DNA of 64,000 nt. Origin: an uncultured Chitinophaga sp. (GTDB lineage Bacteria > Bacteroidota > Bacteroidia > Chitinophagales > Chitinophagaceae). A program made the position numbers and the translations under genes. The stretch is taken from NCBI GenBank assembly GCA_964581455.1, contig CAZOOT010000001.1:2807-66806 (forward strand), read 5' to 3'. How positions within the stretch are numbered: the first letter of the stretch is position 1; each line of letters opens with the position of its first letter. This document shows positions 29,560 to 39,240 of the stretch, piece after piece. A model generated the notes under the pieces. That model was not told the DNA's origin. It ran no database searches and saw only the letters and a list, made by a program, of their open reading frames with translations.

Positions 29560-32141
29560 CGGATCAGAAAAACAGTTCCTTTCTTTTTTTCCATTTCTTT
29601 GCCTTCGAACTTATATTCACATAGCCACACAAATACAGAACTTGAAATATCAAAACCCTTTAGTTTGCCATCCCATCCTTTTTGTAATTCTTTTGTTTCA
29701 AATACTTTTTGTCCCCATCGGTTATAAATAGTGAATCTATATTCACTGACATTACCAAAAAGTAATGGTTTGAAAATATCATTTTTACCATCTTTGTTGG
29801 GAGTAAATGCTGACGGTACATAGAAACCCTGTGGGCATTTTAAAGGATCAATAATTATCTTGATACTATTCGAATTGATAGTATTGGGTATTGCACAGGG
29901 AGCATTGGAGGTAAGTATTACATTCACATTGTCCCCGTCTTTCAATATACCGGTAGCAAAAGTTGGGCTATTGTTGCCTGCATTATTTCCATTGATCTGC
30001 CATTGATATATTGGTGCCGTTCCCCCGTTTGTTACATTTGAACTGAAAGTTGCCAACGTTCCCTGGCAAATATCAGAAGGAGATACATTAATATTAATAG
30101 AAGGAATTACCTGTTGCAGTACGGAAATCAAAACCACATTGGAAATTACGTTATTGGAAACAACGCAACCCACATTTGAGGTCATGATCACTCTTACCGC
30201 ATCACCATTATTTAAATTGCCTGAAGTAAATGTTGCAGAATTGGTTCCTGCATTCACCCCATTCACCTGCCATTGATAAGAAGGTGCAGTACCTCCATTT
30301 GTTGCTGTAGCTGTAAAAGTTACGGGTGTGCCTGCACAGATGGATGTTGAGCTGGCTGTATGTACAACGGAAGGAACTACAGCTGCACTTATGTTCATTG
30401 TGATTGTATTGGAAGTAACTGTAGCCGGCGAAGCACAATTGGCATTTGAGGTCATGATCACTCTTACCACATCACCATTATTTAAATTGCCTGAAGTAAA
30501 TGTTGCAGAATTGTTTCCTGCATTCACTCCATTCACCTGCCATTGATAAGAAGGTGCAGATCCTCCATTTGTTGCTGTGGCAGTAAAAGTTACGGGTGTG
30601 CCTGCACAGATAGATGTTGAAGAAGCAACCAGACTTATCGAGGGTAATAAATCAGGAGTAACATTTATCATTTTTTCAATACTATCCCTGCAGTTGTTAT
30701 TGCTGCTGGCAATTAATATTACAGTATAGGTTCCGGGTGAGGAATAAATATGGTTTGTATTAATACTTGTGTTAGTTAATCCATTGCCAAAACTCCAATT
30801 GAATGTCATCGTACCGTTGCTGATTGTAGAATTATTTGTGAACACAAAATTATTTCCATTCAGGCACTGGCTGGCATTATTTATTGTAAAGTCAGGTAAT
30901 GGCTGAGGATAAAGGTTTACATCGATCAAACGGCTGGTATCCCTGCAACCAGTGTTGCTGGTAACTACCACACGGTAGGATCCGGATTGTGTGGCAGAAT
31001 AATCTCTTGCGGTGGCTCCCGGAACAAGTGCCCCATTTCTCAGCCACTGATATGTGGCGGCTATTCCTGCTCTAAACCTTACGTTGCCATTATTACTGCA
31101 GATTATTAAAGGATCCAAAACTGTCAAAGAGGTATCAACTGTAGAAATAGTTACCAATACATTGTCTGTACAAGATGTAATGCTGTCAGACACCGTTACA
31201 AAGTAAGAAGTAGTTTGATCAGGCGCAACAGTGATGCTGGATGTTGTTGCTCCGGTGGACCATAAAATGGACTGGTTCTGATAGAGCAGTTTTACTTCCG
31301 CCGAAGTCAACTCTCTGTTGTAAATAAAAACATCATCCAGTTTTCCTTCAAGCCCGTAAATATTCCCATCAGAATAGAATCCGATTCCATTTACTGATAC
31401 AGGACCACCGAGAATAAAGTCTTTGCCTTGTACATAAGTTTCATTGATAAAACTGGTATCGCTCAGTACTAATACACCATCAATATAGAATTTTGTGCCT
31501 CCTGGTGAAGTAGTGATGACCCAATGATGCCAGGCATTATTGGGATGGGTGGCGCCATAAGAATAAAGTACAGATTCATTATTGCAATGTCCTTGTACCT
31601 GGTAAGTATTTTGCTGGTTTAAAGGTGTGCCAGGATTATTTATTGTTTCAAACCAGGAGGTGCCACAGTTTCCGCCACCATATCCAATCAAAGTGGGTCC
31701 TGGTGTTGCAACGCCAATATTGGTTGCATAAAACCAAAGAGAGACTGTTCTTGTACCAGTAGGGAAATTTGAAGCAGATCCAATGATATAATTTCCCTGA
31801 TTGAAACTATATGCCCGGTTGGCTAAGCCGAATCTGTCTGTTGTAAGTGTAGCTCCTACTGATGTGCCGTTATTTCCGTTTCCACTTTCATCATTGGCAT
31901 TTCCGCAAAATGGATAGAACGCTACCAGGCCATTTTGAAGAACGGGAGGAAGTGAACTTACAGAGCAGGCCGTGCCTGGTATTTGTGTAGTATCTACAGT
32001 TAATATTAACGAAGAACCGCTGCAAATAGTTGTGTCATTTTGAAGTATTGTGCATGTTAGCTGAGCATTGCTGATATCACTACTCAGAGATATTAAAGTG
32101 AGCAAAAATATTTTTTGCATGAAACTAGTCAGGGTTTTCAT
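29556..32141 (-). CDS. Large surface adhesin-like protein: LamG/ConA-like domain, PKD-like and Ig-like repeats, T9SS type B (gliding-motility) C-terminal domain
   Basis: Signal peptide. A LamG-like region (FYPFCGNANDESGNGNNG...LDDVFIYNRELT). Three 90-aa repeats (CAGTPVTFTATATNGG.APSYQWQVNGVNAG). The C-terminus VPSAFTPNKDGKNDIFKP...FTIYNRWGQKVFE...GWDGK...GTVFLIR. Confidence 0.8.
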   Translation of the reverse strand: MKTLTSFMQKIFLLTLISLSSDISNAQLTCTILQNDTTICSGSSLILTVDTTQIPGTACSVSSLPPVLQNGLVAFYPFCGNANDESGNGNNGTSVGATLTTDRFGLANRAYSFNQGNYIIGSASNFPTGTRTVSLWFYATNIGVATPGPTLIGYGGGNCGTSWFETINNPGTPLNQQNTYQVQGHCNNESVLYSYGATHPNNAWHHWVITTSPGGTKFYIDGVLVLSDTSFINETYVQGKDFILGGPVSVNGIGFYSDGNIYGLEGKLDDVFIYNRELTSAEVKLLYQNQSILWSTGATTSSITVAPDQTTSYFVTVSDSITSCTDNVLVTISTVDTSLTVLDPLIICSNNGNVRFRAGIAATYQWLRNGALVPGATARDYSATQSGSYRVVVTSNTGCRDTSRLIDVNLYPQPLPDFTINNASQCLNGNNFVFTNNSTISNGTMTFNWSFGNGLTNTSINTNHIYSSPGTYTVILIASSNNNCRDSIEKMINVTPDLLPSISLVASSTSICAGTPVTFTATATNGGSAPSYQWQVNGVNAGNNSATFTSGNLNNGDVVRVIMTSNANCASPATVTSNTITMNISAAVVPSVVHTASSTSICAGTPVTFTATATNGGTAPSYQWQVNGVNAGTNSATFTSGNLNNGDAVRVIMTSNVGCVVSNNVISNVVLISVLQQVIPSININVSPSDICQGTLATFSSNVTNGGTAPIYQWQINGNNAGNNSPTFATGILKDGDNVNVILTSNAPCAIPNTINSNSIKIIIDPLKCPQGFYVPSAFTPNKDGKNDIFKPLLFGNVSEYRFTIYNRWGQKVFETKELQKGWDGKLKGFDISSSVFVWLCEYKFEGKEMEKKKGTVFLIR
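29900..30640. repeat. Three tandem 270-bp coding repeats inside the adhesin gene
   Basis: Copies at about 30174-30345 and 30444-30615 differ at only a handful of positions over about 170 bp. A third, diverged copy lies one period (270 bp) upstream; CCATTGATA occurs at 30000, 30270 and 30540. Confidence 0.85.
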
Positions 32142-32297
32142 GCCGGCAATTTTATAAAATAAAGGTAAAAAAGGTTTTGCTTATCCGGGTACAGATTTCT
32201 AATGTGACCATCAAAGTCTCAACAATGCTAACCACAGCAGAGAGCTTATTTGCCTGAGTTTTATTGAATTGATATATTAATAAAATGACGGAATAAC

Positions 32298-32415
32298 GGC
32301 TGTCTCAAAAGGGCAATAAAGTAAAGTTTGCCAACAAGACACAAAAATTTGAATTTCAATTATTCTTTACTTCGTGACTTTGTGACTTGGTGGCAAAAAA
32401 ATACTTTTGAGACAG
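32298..32415. repeat. MITE-like element with 12-bp perfect terminal inverted repeats (CTGTCTCAAAAG / CTTTTGAGACAG)
   Basis: The inverted repeats lie at 32300-32311 and 32404-32415, 92 nt apart. A related element lies at 38538-38667. The interior carries the AAGACACAAA...GTGACTTTGTG module. Confidence 0.6.
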
Positions 32416-32545
32416 TCTCATTATAATTTTAAAAAAGAAAGAAGATAAAAGTTAAAAAAACAAATTTTTAATAATAGGTTAGCTTATGCAGAAATGTAAT
32501 GAGTTACAAAATAATCAGATCCTTCTTTTTTATTTTAATATAAAC

Positions 32546-34036
32546 CTATTTCACATTCCCCATCCATCTTCTTAAAAACGGAACGGTGAAGATCAATAAA
32601 ACACCAATTACTACTGACGCAATTCCTATTTTCTGAATCACATCTGCATAATAGGGTAATGAAAGTACAGGATCATTTTTTGCCAGCACCTCTTCAGGCA
32701 CACTCATTAAAGCTCCGATCTTGCCTGCTAAAAATTCACCGATGGCGGATGCAAAAAACCAGATACCCATCATCAGCGAAACCATTTTTGCAGGAGATAG
32801 TTTTGTAACCATGGATAATCCGATTGGAGATAAGCATAGCTCACCCAGGATGATAAAACAATAACCCCAGACAAATGGCCATAGCGGAACGATGCCGGTA
32901 CTCTCATTTGCCAGACAGCCTAAATAGAAAACATAAAATCCCAAGCCAAGAAAAATAAAGGATAATGCAAATTTCATTGGAGTACTGGGTTCTTTGCCTC
33001 TTTTATTCAACCAGGGCCATAGAGGTGCAACGATCAGGGTTAATACAATCACCCAACCAGGAGGCAAGAAATTATTTACAGAAAGAGGCAGCAGTTCAAG
33101 ACCGAATAATTCCATTTTTGAATTTCTTTCAGCCAGCAGGTTCATCGAGCCGGCATTCTGTTCATATATTGCCCAGAATACAACAGAGAATATGATCATG
33201 ATCAGTGCGGCAAATAATTTCAATTTGGGTTCTTTTTCCATTTTCATTCCTACTGAAAGAACATATATCAATGCCACTATGCCCAGGCCGAACATGATAT
33301 AATCCATCAAATGATATTGATGAAACAGTGTTACCACCAACGGAATGATCAATAGGGTACCACCATAAATAAGATGTTCCGGTTTTAAAAAACTGAAAAC
33401 AGGTTTCTTTAATAATTCCCTATCGGGAGGCAGCCCTTTTTCACCCAACGATTTTTTGCCAATTAAAAAAACAAAGAACCCAAGTGCCATAAAAATACCG
33501 GCAAGACCAAATCCATAATGCCAGTTAAATACTTTGGCTACATAAGCACAGAGAAATCCACCGGCAGCTGCTCCCACATTAATACCCATATAAAAAATAG
33601 AGAAACCGCTATCTCTTCTCGGATCATTTTCACGGTATAATGTTCCAACCAGGCTGGATATATTTGGTTTAAAAAAACCATTGCCACAAATGATAAAGGC
33701 CATGCCATAAAAAAAACTCCAGTCAGCCGGAACAGCTAAAATAAAATGACCCAAAGTCATCAGAATACCTCCAAATAAAACAGATCGTTGAAACCCTATA
33801 AACCGATCAGCCATAAAACCACCAAACATCGGCATGGTATAAACCAAAGCGGCATAAGAACCCAGTATAGCATATGCTTTCGGATCATCATAGTTTAATT
33901 CACTTACCATATAAGCAATCAGGAGGGCTTTCATTCCATAGAAAGAAAACCGCTCCCACATTTCTGCAAAGAATAAAAGATAGAGTTGCTTCGGTTGTTT
34001 TAATGAGCCGGCATTTGATTGTTTCTGATCTGTCAT
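32546..34036 (-). CDS. POT/PTR2 family proton-dependent oligopeptide transporter
   Basis: PTR2 signatures FAEMWERFSFYGMKALL and GGFMADRFIGFQRSVLFGGILMTLGH, with a multi-TM MFS topology. Confidence 0.9.
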   Translation of the reverse strand: MTDQKQSNAGSLKQPKQLYLLFFAEMWERFSFYGMKALLIAYMVSELNYDDPKAYAILGSYAALVYTMPMFGGFMADRFIGFQRSVLFGGILMTLGHFILAVPADWSFFYGMAFIICGNGFFKPNISSLVGTLYRENDPRRDSGFSIFYMGINVGAAAGGFLCAYVAKVFNWHYGFGLAGIFMALGFFVFLIGKKSLGEKGLPPDRELLKKPVFSFLKPEHLIYGGTLLIIPLVVTLFHQYHLMDYIMFGLGIVALIYVLSVGMKMEKEPKLKLFAALIMIIFSVVFWAIYEQNAGSMNLLAERNSKMELFGLELLPLSVNNFLPPGWVIVLTLIVAPLWPWLNKRGKEPSTPMKFALSFIFLGLGFYVFYLGCLANESTGIVPLWPFVWGYCFIILGELCLSPIGLSMVTKLSPAKMVSLMMGIWFFASAIGEFLAGKIGALMSVPEEVLAKNDPVLSLPYYADVIQKIGIASVVIGVLLIFTVPFLRRWMGNVK

Positions 34037-34116
34037 TGGAATATAAAATTTAGAAAAAGAAAGGTAACAAAAAAGGTGGCTGTTGAGCCACCTGGTTTAT
34101 ATTTATTGATTAGTAA

Positions 34117-35829
34117 TTACTTCACACCTTTTTCTTTCATTACCCGGTTCAGCCATCCTAGCAATAAGAACAATGCAATTGCCGGTACAATAACAATAAA
34201 GAAATTGGTCAGGAAGAAATTGGATTTATCATCGTACCCTTCCCACATACCGGATAGAATTCCTGAAAGCTTATTTCCAATACTTACTGATAAGAACCAA
34301 CCACCCATCATGAGTGATGTTAATCTTGGCGGACTAAGTTTTGATACAAGGGATAATCCCATGGGCGACAGACAGAGTTCTCCGATCGTAATGACACCGT
34401 AACTGGCCCATAGCCACAATGCAGAAGCTTTATCAGTTGAAGTGTCAATTGATTTTACTGCTGCAACCATTATCAAAGCTGATAGGGCAGTAATTAAAAG
34501 TCCAATGGCAATCTTTGATGGGGTAGATGGCTCTTTTCCCCTGCGCCGCATAAAACCAAATATGCCAACAAGGATGGGGGTTAATACAATTACCCAAAAT
34601 GGATTAATAGATTGATATAATTCTGTAGATACAAGTTTCAGGTCTTTTCCTGGCTCAGGTCTTTTTTCTGCCGGCAAATTGGAAAAATAAGATTTTGATT
34701 TATCCCGGATTGTAATCGTATTTGAAATTTCATTAACACCGGATGTATTACCTGCGGCAGCTAAAGCGTCTTTCTCAGTAATTAATCCGGACATATAGGT
34801 TTTAAATTGCCCTTCATCGTAACCTACCGATTCATGATAGTTCACCGTTTGTGCCAAATCTACTTTTGAAGCAAGGCCAGCAACTGATTCAGACATTTCC
34901 CGGTCCGTATAGTCTTCTGCCCAAACAGTTAATGCGTCACCATTCTGATGAAATATAGCCCAGAACACAACCACACAACCCATTACCGTAAGCAATGCAG
35001 CCAATGGCCGTTTATCTTCCATACTGGCACGCCACCATAATGAGATATAATAGAACACAACCGGTAAACTTCCAATTAAGAATGCATCATTACTATCAGA
35101 ACCAAATATATTGCCTGGGATGATCCAGCCCAATGCGCCAAATACAAATACGGGTAAAAAAACTGTAGCCAGTATTTTTTTAAGCGGAAGATCTTCTTTT
35201 GTAACCGGCTTGATGATATCAACCTCTTTTACATGTTTCATTCCATTTAAAAACCAAAGCAGGCCGATAAGCATACCAACTCCTGCAGCTGCAAATGCAT
35301 ATCCCCATCCATAATTGATACGCATATATGCGGCCACAAAATTGCACACAAAGGCGCCGATATTAATACCCATATAAAATATATTGTATCCTGCATCCTT
35401 TTTATGCTGGTGTTCCGGTTTGTTATAAAGATTACCTACCAGTGTAGAGATATTAGGTTTGAAAAAACCGTTTCCAACAATGATCAGTAAAAGAGAAATA
35501 TAAAATGCAGTTTCGCCGGGCAGTGCTAACCCAATATAACCGGCAGCCATGAGCAAGGCGCCGATAATAATACTTTTCCGGTAACCTAAAATCCGGTCTG
35601 CCAGCAAGCCTCCGATAAAAGGAGTTAAATAAACCAGCCCAAGATAAGTTCCGTAAATGTCAGATTTTTTTGATGCGTCAAAACCCATTCCCCCATTTTG
35701 ATGACTATCCAGCATATAGAGAGAAAAAATGCCCAGCATCAGGTAGTAGCCGAAACGTTCCCACATTTCAGTAAAGAATAAAACGTAAAGACCTTTTGGG
35801 TGTCCTTTCGATGATTCATTTTGATTCAT
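34117..35829 (-). CDS. POT/PTR2 family oligopeptide transporter with a roughly 90-aa hydrophilic insertion
   Basis: FTEMWERFGYYLMLGI and GGLLADRILGYRKSIIIGALLMAAGY. It is a paralog of the downstream gene, with an extra segment YTDREMSES...GKDLKLVSTELYQ. Confidence 0.9.
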   Translation of the reverse strand: MNQNESSKGHPKGLYVLFFTEMWERFGYYLMLGIFSLYMLDSHQNGGMGFDASKKSDIYGTYLGLVYLTPFIGGLLADRILGYRKSIIIGALLMAAGYIGLALPGETAFYISLLLIIVGNGFFKPNISTLVGNLYNKPEHQHKKDAGYNIFYMGINIGAFVCNFVAAYMRINYGWGYAFAAAGVGMLIGLLWFLNGMKHVKEVDIIKPVTKEDLPLKKILATVFLPVFVFGALGWIIPGNIFGSDSNDAFLIGSLPVVFYYISLWWRASMEDKRPLAALLTVMGCVVVFWAIFHQNGDALTVWAEDYTDREMSESVAGLASKVDLAQTVNYHESVGYDEGQFKTYMSGLITEKDALAAAGNTSGVNEISNTITIRDKSKSYFSNLPAEKRPEPGKDLKLVSTELYQSINPFWVIVLTPILVGIFGFMRRRGKEPSTPSKIAIGLLITALSALIMVAAVKSIDTSTDKASALWLWASYGVITIGELCLSPMGLSLVSKLSPPRLTSLMMGGWFLSVSIGNKLSGILSGMWEGYDDKSNFFLTNFFIVIVPAIALFLLLGWLNRVMKEKGVK

Positions 35830-36107
35830 ACAGCAATTTTTTGTTTGACAAAAGTTGATTAAAAGTTAGAGAATGGAAAAATAGGCAAATTCTGTCATTT
35901 GCAAATATTTGAACTCTTCTTGTATGAATTTTTTATTTGCCGCATCCCCTGTTTGCATCAGCCTCAATACTTAAAGGGAATATCAGTAATAAGGTTTATT
36001 TTTCCTTTTCAGTGGGGATGGGCAAAAACGACAATTTAAATTGCATCCTTATTCTTTAATTATCTTGCCCGATATTCGCAGGCAAAATCTAAATTCCAAT
36101 ATACAAT

Positions 36108-37397
36108 ATGCGAATTCTAATTCTTGGTTCTGGTGGTCGTGAGCATGCATTTGCATGGAAACTTTCCCAAAGCACCCTTTGTGAAAAGTTATTTATTGCA
36201 CCTGGTAATGCCGGTACAATTCAGTTTGGCACAAATTTGAATATTACTGTCAATGATTTTGAGGCTATCAAAAAATGCTGCATCACTGAAAGGATTGATC
36301 TTGTGCTGGTAGGGCCGGAAGAGCCACTGGTAAAAGGCATTTCAGATTTTTTAAAAGCAGATTCCCAGCTTAAAGGACTTGAAATAATCGGTCCATCAAA
36401 AAAAGCATCCCAATTGGAAGGCAGCAAGGCATTTGCAAAAGCATTCATGCAAAAATTTGGTATTCCAACTGCTGCGTATAAAGAATTTACTTTAACCAAT
36501 TACCAGGATGGGGTAGAATACATTACGAATCATGCATTGCCTGTTGTATTAAAAGCAGATGGACTGGCTGCAGGGAAGGGAGTTGTTATCTGTGAGAACC
36601 ATGTAGAAGCTCTGGCAGAATTTGAATTAATGATTCAACGTGCCAAATTTGGCGAAGCCAGTAAAAAAGTAGTTGTAGAAGAATTTCTTAATGGAATTGA
36701 ATTATCCGTTTTCGTTTTATGCGATGGTAAGAATTATGTTATTCTGCCTGAAGCAAAAGATTATAAAAGGGTAAGGGAAGGTGATGAAGGCCCGAATACC
36801 GGTGGAATGGGAGCCATTAGCCCGGTGCCATTTGCCGATGCAGTTTTTATGAGCAGGGTAGAAGAGAGAGTGATCAGGCCTACGATAGAAGGTTTGAAAA
36901 CGGAAGGTCTCGATTATTGCGGATTTATATTTTTAGGATTGATCAAAGTAGGCGATGAGCCATATATGATCGAGTATAATTGCCGGATGGGAGATCCGGA
37001 AACTGAAGTAGTGATGCCCCGGTTAAAAAATGATTTGGCAGAATTACTGCATGCTGCTGCAAATCAAAGTTTGGATAAAGTAGTCATTGAAACGGATCCG
37101 CGGTTTGCCTGTGCTGTAGTGGCGGTTAGCGGAGGGTATCCCGGTAATTATGAAAAAGAGCTTCCTGTTTCCGGACTGGAAGATGTAAAAACAGTTACCA
37201 GTGTTTTATTTCACGCTGGCACAAAAATTAAAGATGATGTAATTGTTACAAACGGAGGCCGGGTACTCTGTATGACCTCTTTTGGAAATTCGCTTGAACT
37301 AGCTGCACAAAGATCTTTATATGAATTGGAAAAAATTTCATTCAAAGGCATGGCCTATCGCAGGGATATCGGGTATGAGTTTTATGAAGAAGAATAA
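36108..37397 (+). CDS. purD: Phosphoribosylamine-glycine ligase
   Basis: MRILILGSGGREHAFAWKL, the ATP-grasp core (VVLKADGLAAGKGVVI, VVVEEFLNGIELSV) and EYNCRMGDPETEVVMP. Confidence 0.95.
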   Translation: MRILILGSGGREHAFAWKLSQSTLCEKLFIAPGNAGTIQFGTNLNITVNDFEAIKKCCITERIDLVLVGPEEPLVKGISDFLKADSQLKGLEIIGPSKKASQLEGSKAFAKAFMQKFGIPTAAYKEFTLTNYQDGVEYITNHALPVVLKADGLAAGKGVVICENHVEALAEFELMIQRAKFGEASKKVVVEEFLNGIELSVFVLCDGKNYVILPEAKDYKRVREGDEGPNTGGMGAISPVPFADAVFMSRVEERVIRPTIEGLKTEGLDYCGFIFLGLIKVGDEPYMIEYNCRMGDPETEVVMPRLKNDLAELLHAAANQSLDKVVIETDPRFACAVVAVSGGYPGNYEKELPVSGLEDVKTVTSVLFHAGTKIKDDVIVTNGGRVLCMTSFGNSLELAAQRSLYELEKISFKGMAYRRDIGYEFYEEE

Positions 37398-37475
37398 ACT
37401 TCCTTATTTGCAGATTACATACACTTTTAAATAAAGTAACTTAGTTGGCCTTAGCAAAAAACCAATGTTTAAAGT

Positions 37476-38474
37476 ATGCATTACCACGACTATTTACAGC
37501 TGGATAAGATTTTAAATTCACAGTTTCCTGAAAGTGATAAGCTGAATCTGCCTGCACATGACGAAATGCTTTTCATAGTCATCCACCAGGTATATGAACT
37601 TTGGTTTAAACAATTGCATCATGAAATAGATTCAGTTGCTGCAATCATGAATAAACCGGCTTTGAATGATAATAGTCCTGAATTGCAGACTGTAGTTCAC
37701 CGCCTAAAAAGAACGATTACAATTTTGCAGGTACTGGTTCATCAGATAGACATTATGGAAACCATGACGCCGATGGATTTTCTTGATTTCCGGGATATGC
37801 TTCGTCCTGCTTCGGGATTTCAAAGCTGGCAGTTTAAAGAACTGGAAGCAAAACTGGGATTGAAATATGAGCACAGGCACGGAAAAGATTATTACACTTC
37901 CCAATTGAAAAAAGAACATGTGGATGTGATCAAAGAAGCTGAATCAAAAAAATCTTTACTGGACCTGGTAAATGTCTGGTTAGAAAGAATGCCGCTTGCC
38001 CCTGAAGTGTCAGATGATAAAAATTCATTCTGGCAGATATACCGTAACACATACAAAGAAAGCCTTGCAGATGCTGAGAAAGACAATCTGCAACCTTTTG
38101 ATGAAATATTTATGTTGCAAAAAGAAAATCGTGAACAACATCTTTCTGCAGCAGCTTCCCGTTCAGCTTTATTTATCATGTTGTATCGTGGATACCCATT
38201 GCTTCAATTACCCTTTCAATTACTGAACTGCTTACTGGAAATTGATGAGCAGTTAAGTTCATGGCGGTATCGCCATATGAATATGGTGCATCGGATGATC
38301 GGTACAAGAATTGGCACAGGAGGCAGTACAGGAAAAGATTATTTAAAAGCTGCAGCTGACAAGCATTATATCTTCAAAGAATTTGCACAGCTGAATAGTT
38401 TTCTTGTAGAAAGAAGAAGACTGCCACAGCTTTCAGATGATGTGGAAAAGAGATTGGGTTTTGTACACCAGTAA
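37476..38474 (+). CDS. kynA: Tryptophan 2,3-dioxygenase
   Basis: YHDYLQLDKIL, HDEMLFIVIHQVYELWFKQ, FRDMLRPASGFQS and GGSTGKDYL are bacterial TDO signatures. Confidence 0.9.
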   Translation: MHYHDYLQLDKILNSQFPESDKLNLPAHDEMLFIVIHQVYELWFKQLHHEIDSVAAIMNKPALNDNSPELQTVVHRLKRTITILQVLVHQIDIMETMTPMDFLDFRDMLRPASGFQSWQFKELEAKLGLKYEHRHGKDYYTSQLKKEHVDVIKEAESKKSLLDLVNVWLERMPLAPEVSDDKNSFWQIYRNTYKESLADAEKDNLQPFDEIFMLQKENREQHLSAAASRSALFIMLYRGYPLLQLPFQLLNCLLEIDEQLSSWRYRHMNMVHRMIGTRIGTGGSTGKDYLKAAADKHYIFKEFAQLNSFLVERRRLPQLSDDVEKRLGFVHQ

Positions 38475-38537
38475 TTTTATTTCTGTAATTGGTTCCAATT
38501 AGAAAAATAACTACAAACAGAATTTTTTATTTTGGGA

Positions 38538-38667
38538 GGCTGTCTCAAAAAATCAATTTGAATTATCAGCAATATTCATGGAATGATATTTTTCATTCTC
38601 TTTATCACATTTCCAGGTTTCAAACTGAACTTTGAGACAGCCAATAAATTGAGACAGCCAATAAATT
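38538..38667. repeat. Second MITE-like element (TIR GGCTGTCTCAAA / TTTGAGACAGCC) with a 17-nt tandem duplication of its right end
   Basis: TIRs at 38538-38549 and 38631-38642. GAGACAGCCAATAAATT occurs twice in tandem (38634-38650 and 38651-38667), ending at the stop codon of the 38668..39147 gene. Confidence 0.6.
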
Positions 38668-39147
38668 TTAAAAAGTATATCGGATTCCCAATCCGCCCCA
38701 GTAATTAATAAAACCAACAAACTCGCCAAACTCAAATGAAGGTTGCCAGTCGAGAGAAATATTAATCGGTGCGCCTTTAAATTTATAATCCAGGCCCAGT
38801 ACACCATCCACGCCAATATAAGTTCCTTCTATACGATTATTTTTATGGATATAATCATAGAATCCAATATGGGCGCCGGGTCCGATATACCATTTCAATC
38901 CCGGAGCGCCAGAAAAATTTCCATGAATTTCATACAGGCCTGTCATCCGGAATCCCCGTCTCCAGAAATAACCAATAAGTTCGCCGGCATTGTTTCTGTC
39001 GAAAAAATGCTTGTATGAAATACCTCCGCCATCCCAAACTTTTACACCCAGTGCATTTTTGTAGGATGAGCTATTTGCGCTTTTGCTTTGTGCAAATGAT
39101 GTAAATACAATCAGCATTGTAAACATCGATACAATTATTTTTTTCAT
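38668..39147 (-). CDS. Small secreted outer-membrane beta-barrel-like protein
   Basis: Signal peptide MKKIIVSMFTMLIVFTSFAQS, Gly/aromatic-rich alternating strands, and a C-terminal ..GLGIRYTF typical of an OM beta-signal. Confidence 0.5.
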   Translation of the reverse strand: MKKIIVSMFTMLIVFTSFAQSKSANSSSYKNALGVKVWDGGGISYKHFFDRNNAGELIGYFWRRGFRMTGLYEIHGNFSGAPGLKWYIGPGAHIGFYDYIHKNNRIEGTYIGVDGVLGLDYKFKGAPINISLDWQPSFEFGEFVGFINYWGGLGIRYTF

Positions 39148-39240
39148 AAAAAAATATTTATATGATTTAATACCATCTACAATTTGTGAAACTCAACTTT
39201 CCATTATCGTGCCAATTTTTTTGAAAATTATTTTTAGCGT

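Noticed and set aside
35830-36107. Possible purine or ZTP riboswitch in the 278-nt leader of purD.
   Set aside because: I found no purine-riboswitch core and no ZTP (pfl) CCGCCTGGGC-type motif. The only feature is a 7-bp inverted repeat CATCCCC / GGGGATG (35943-35949 / 36014-36020), which is too weak to call.
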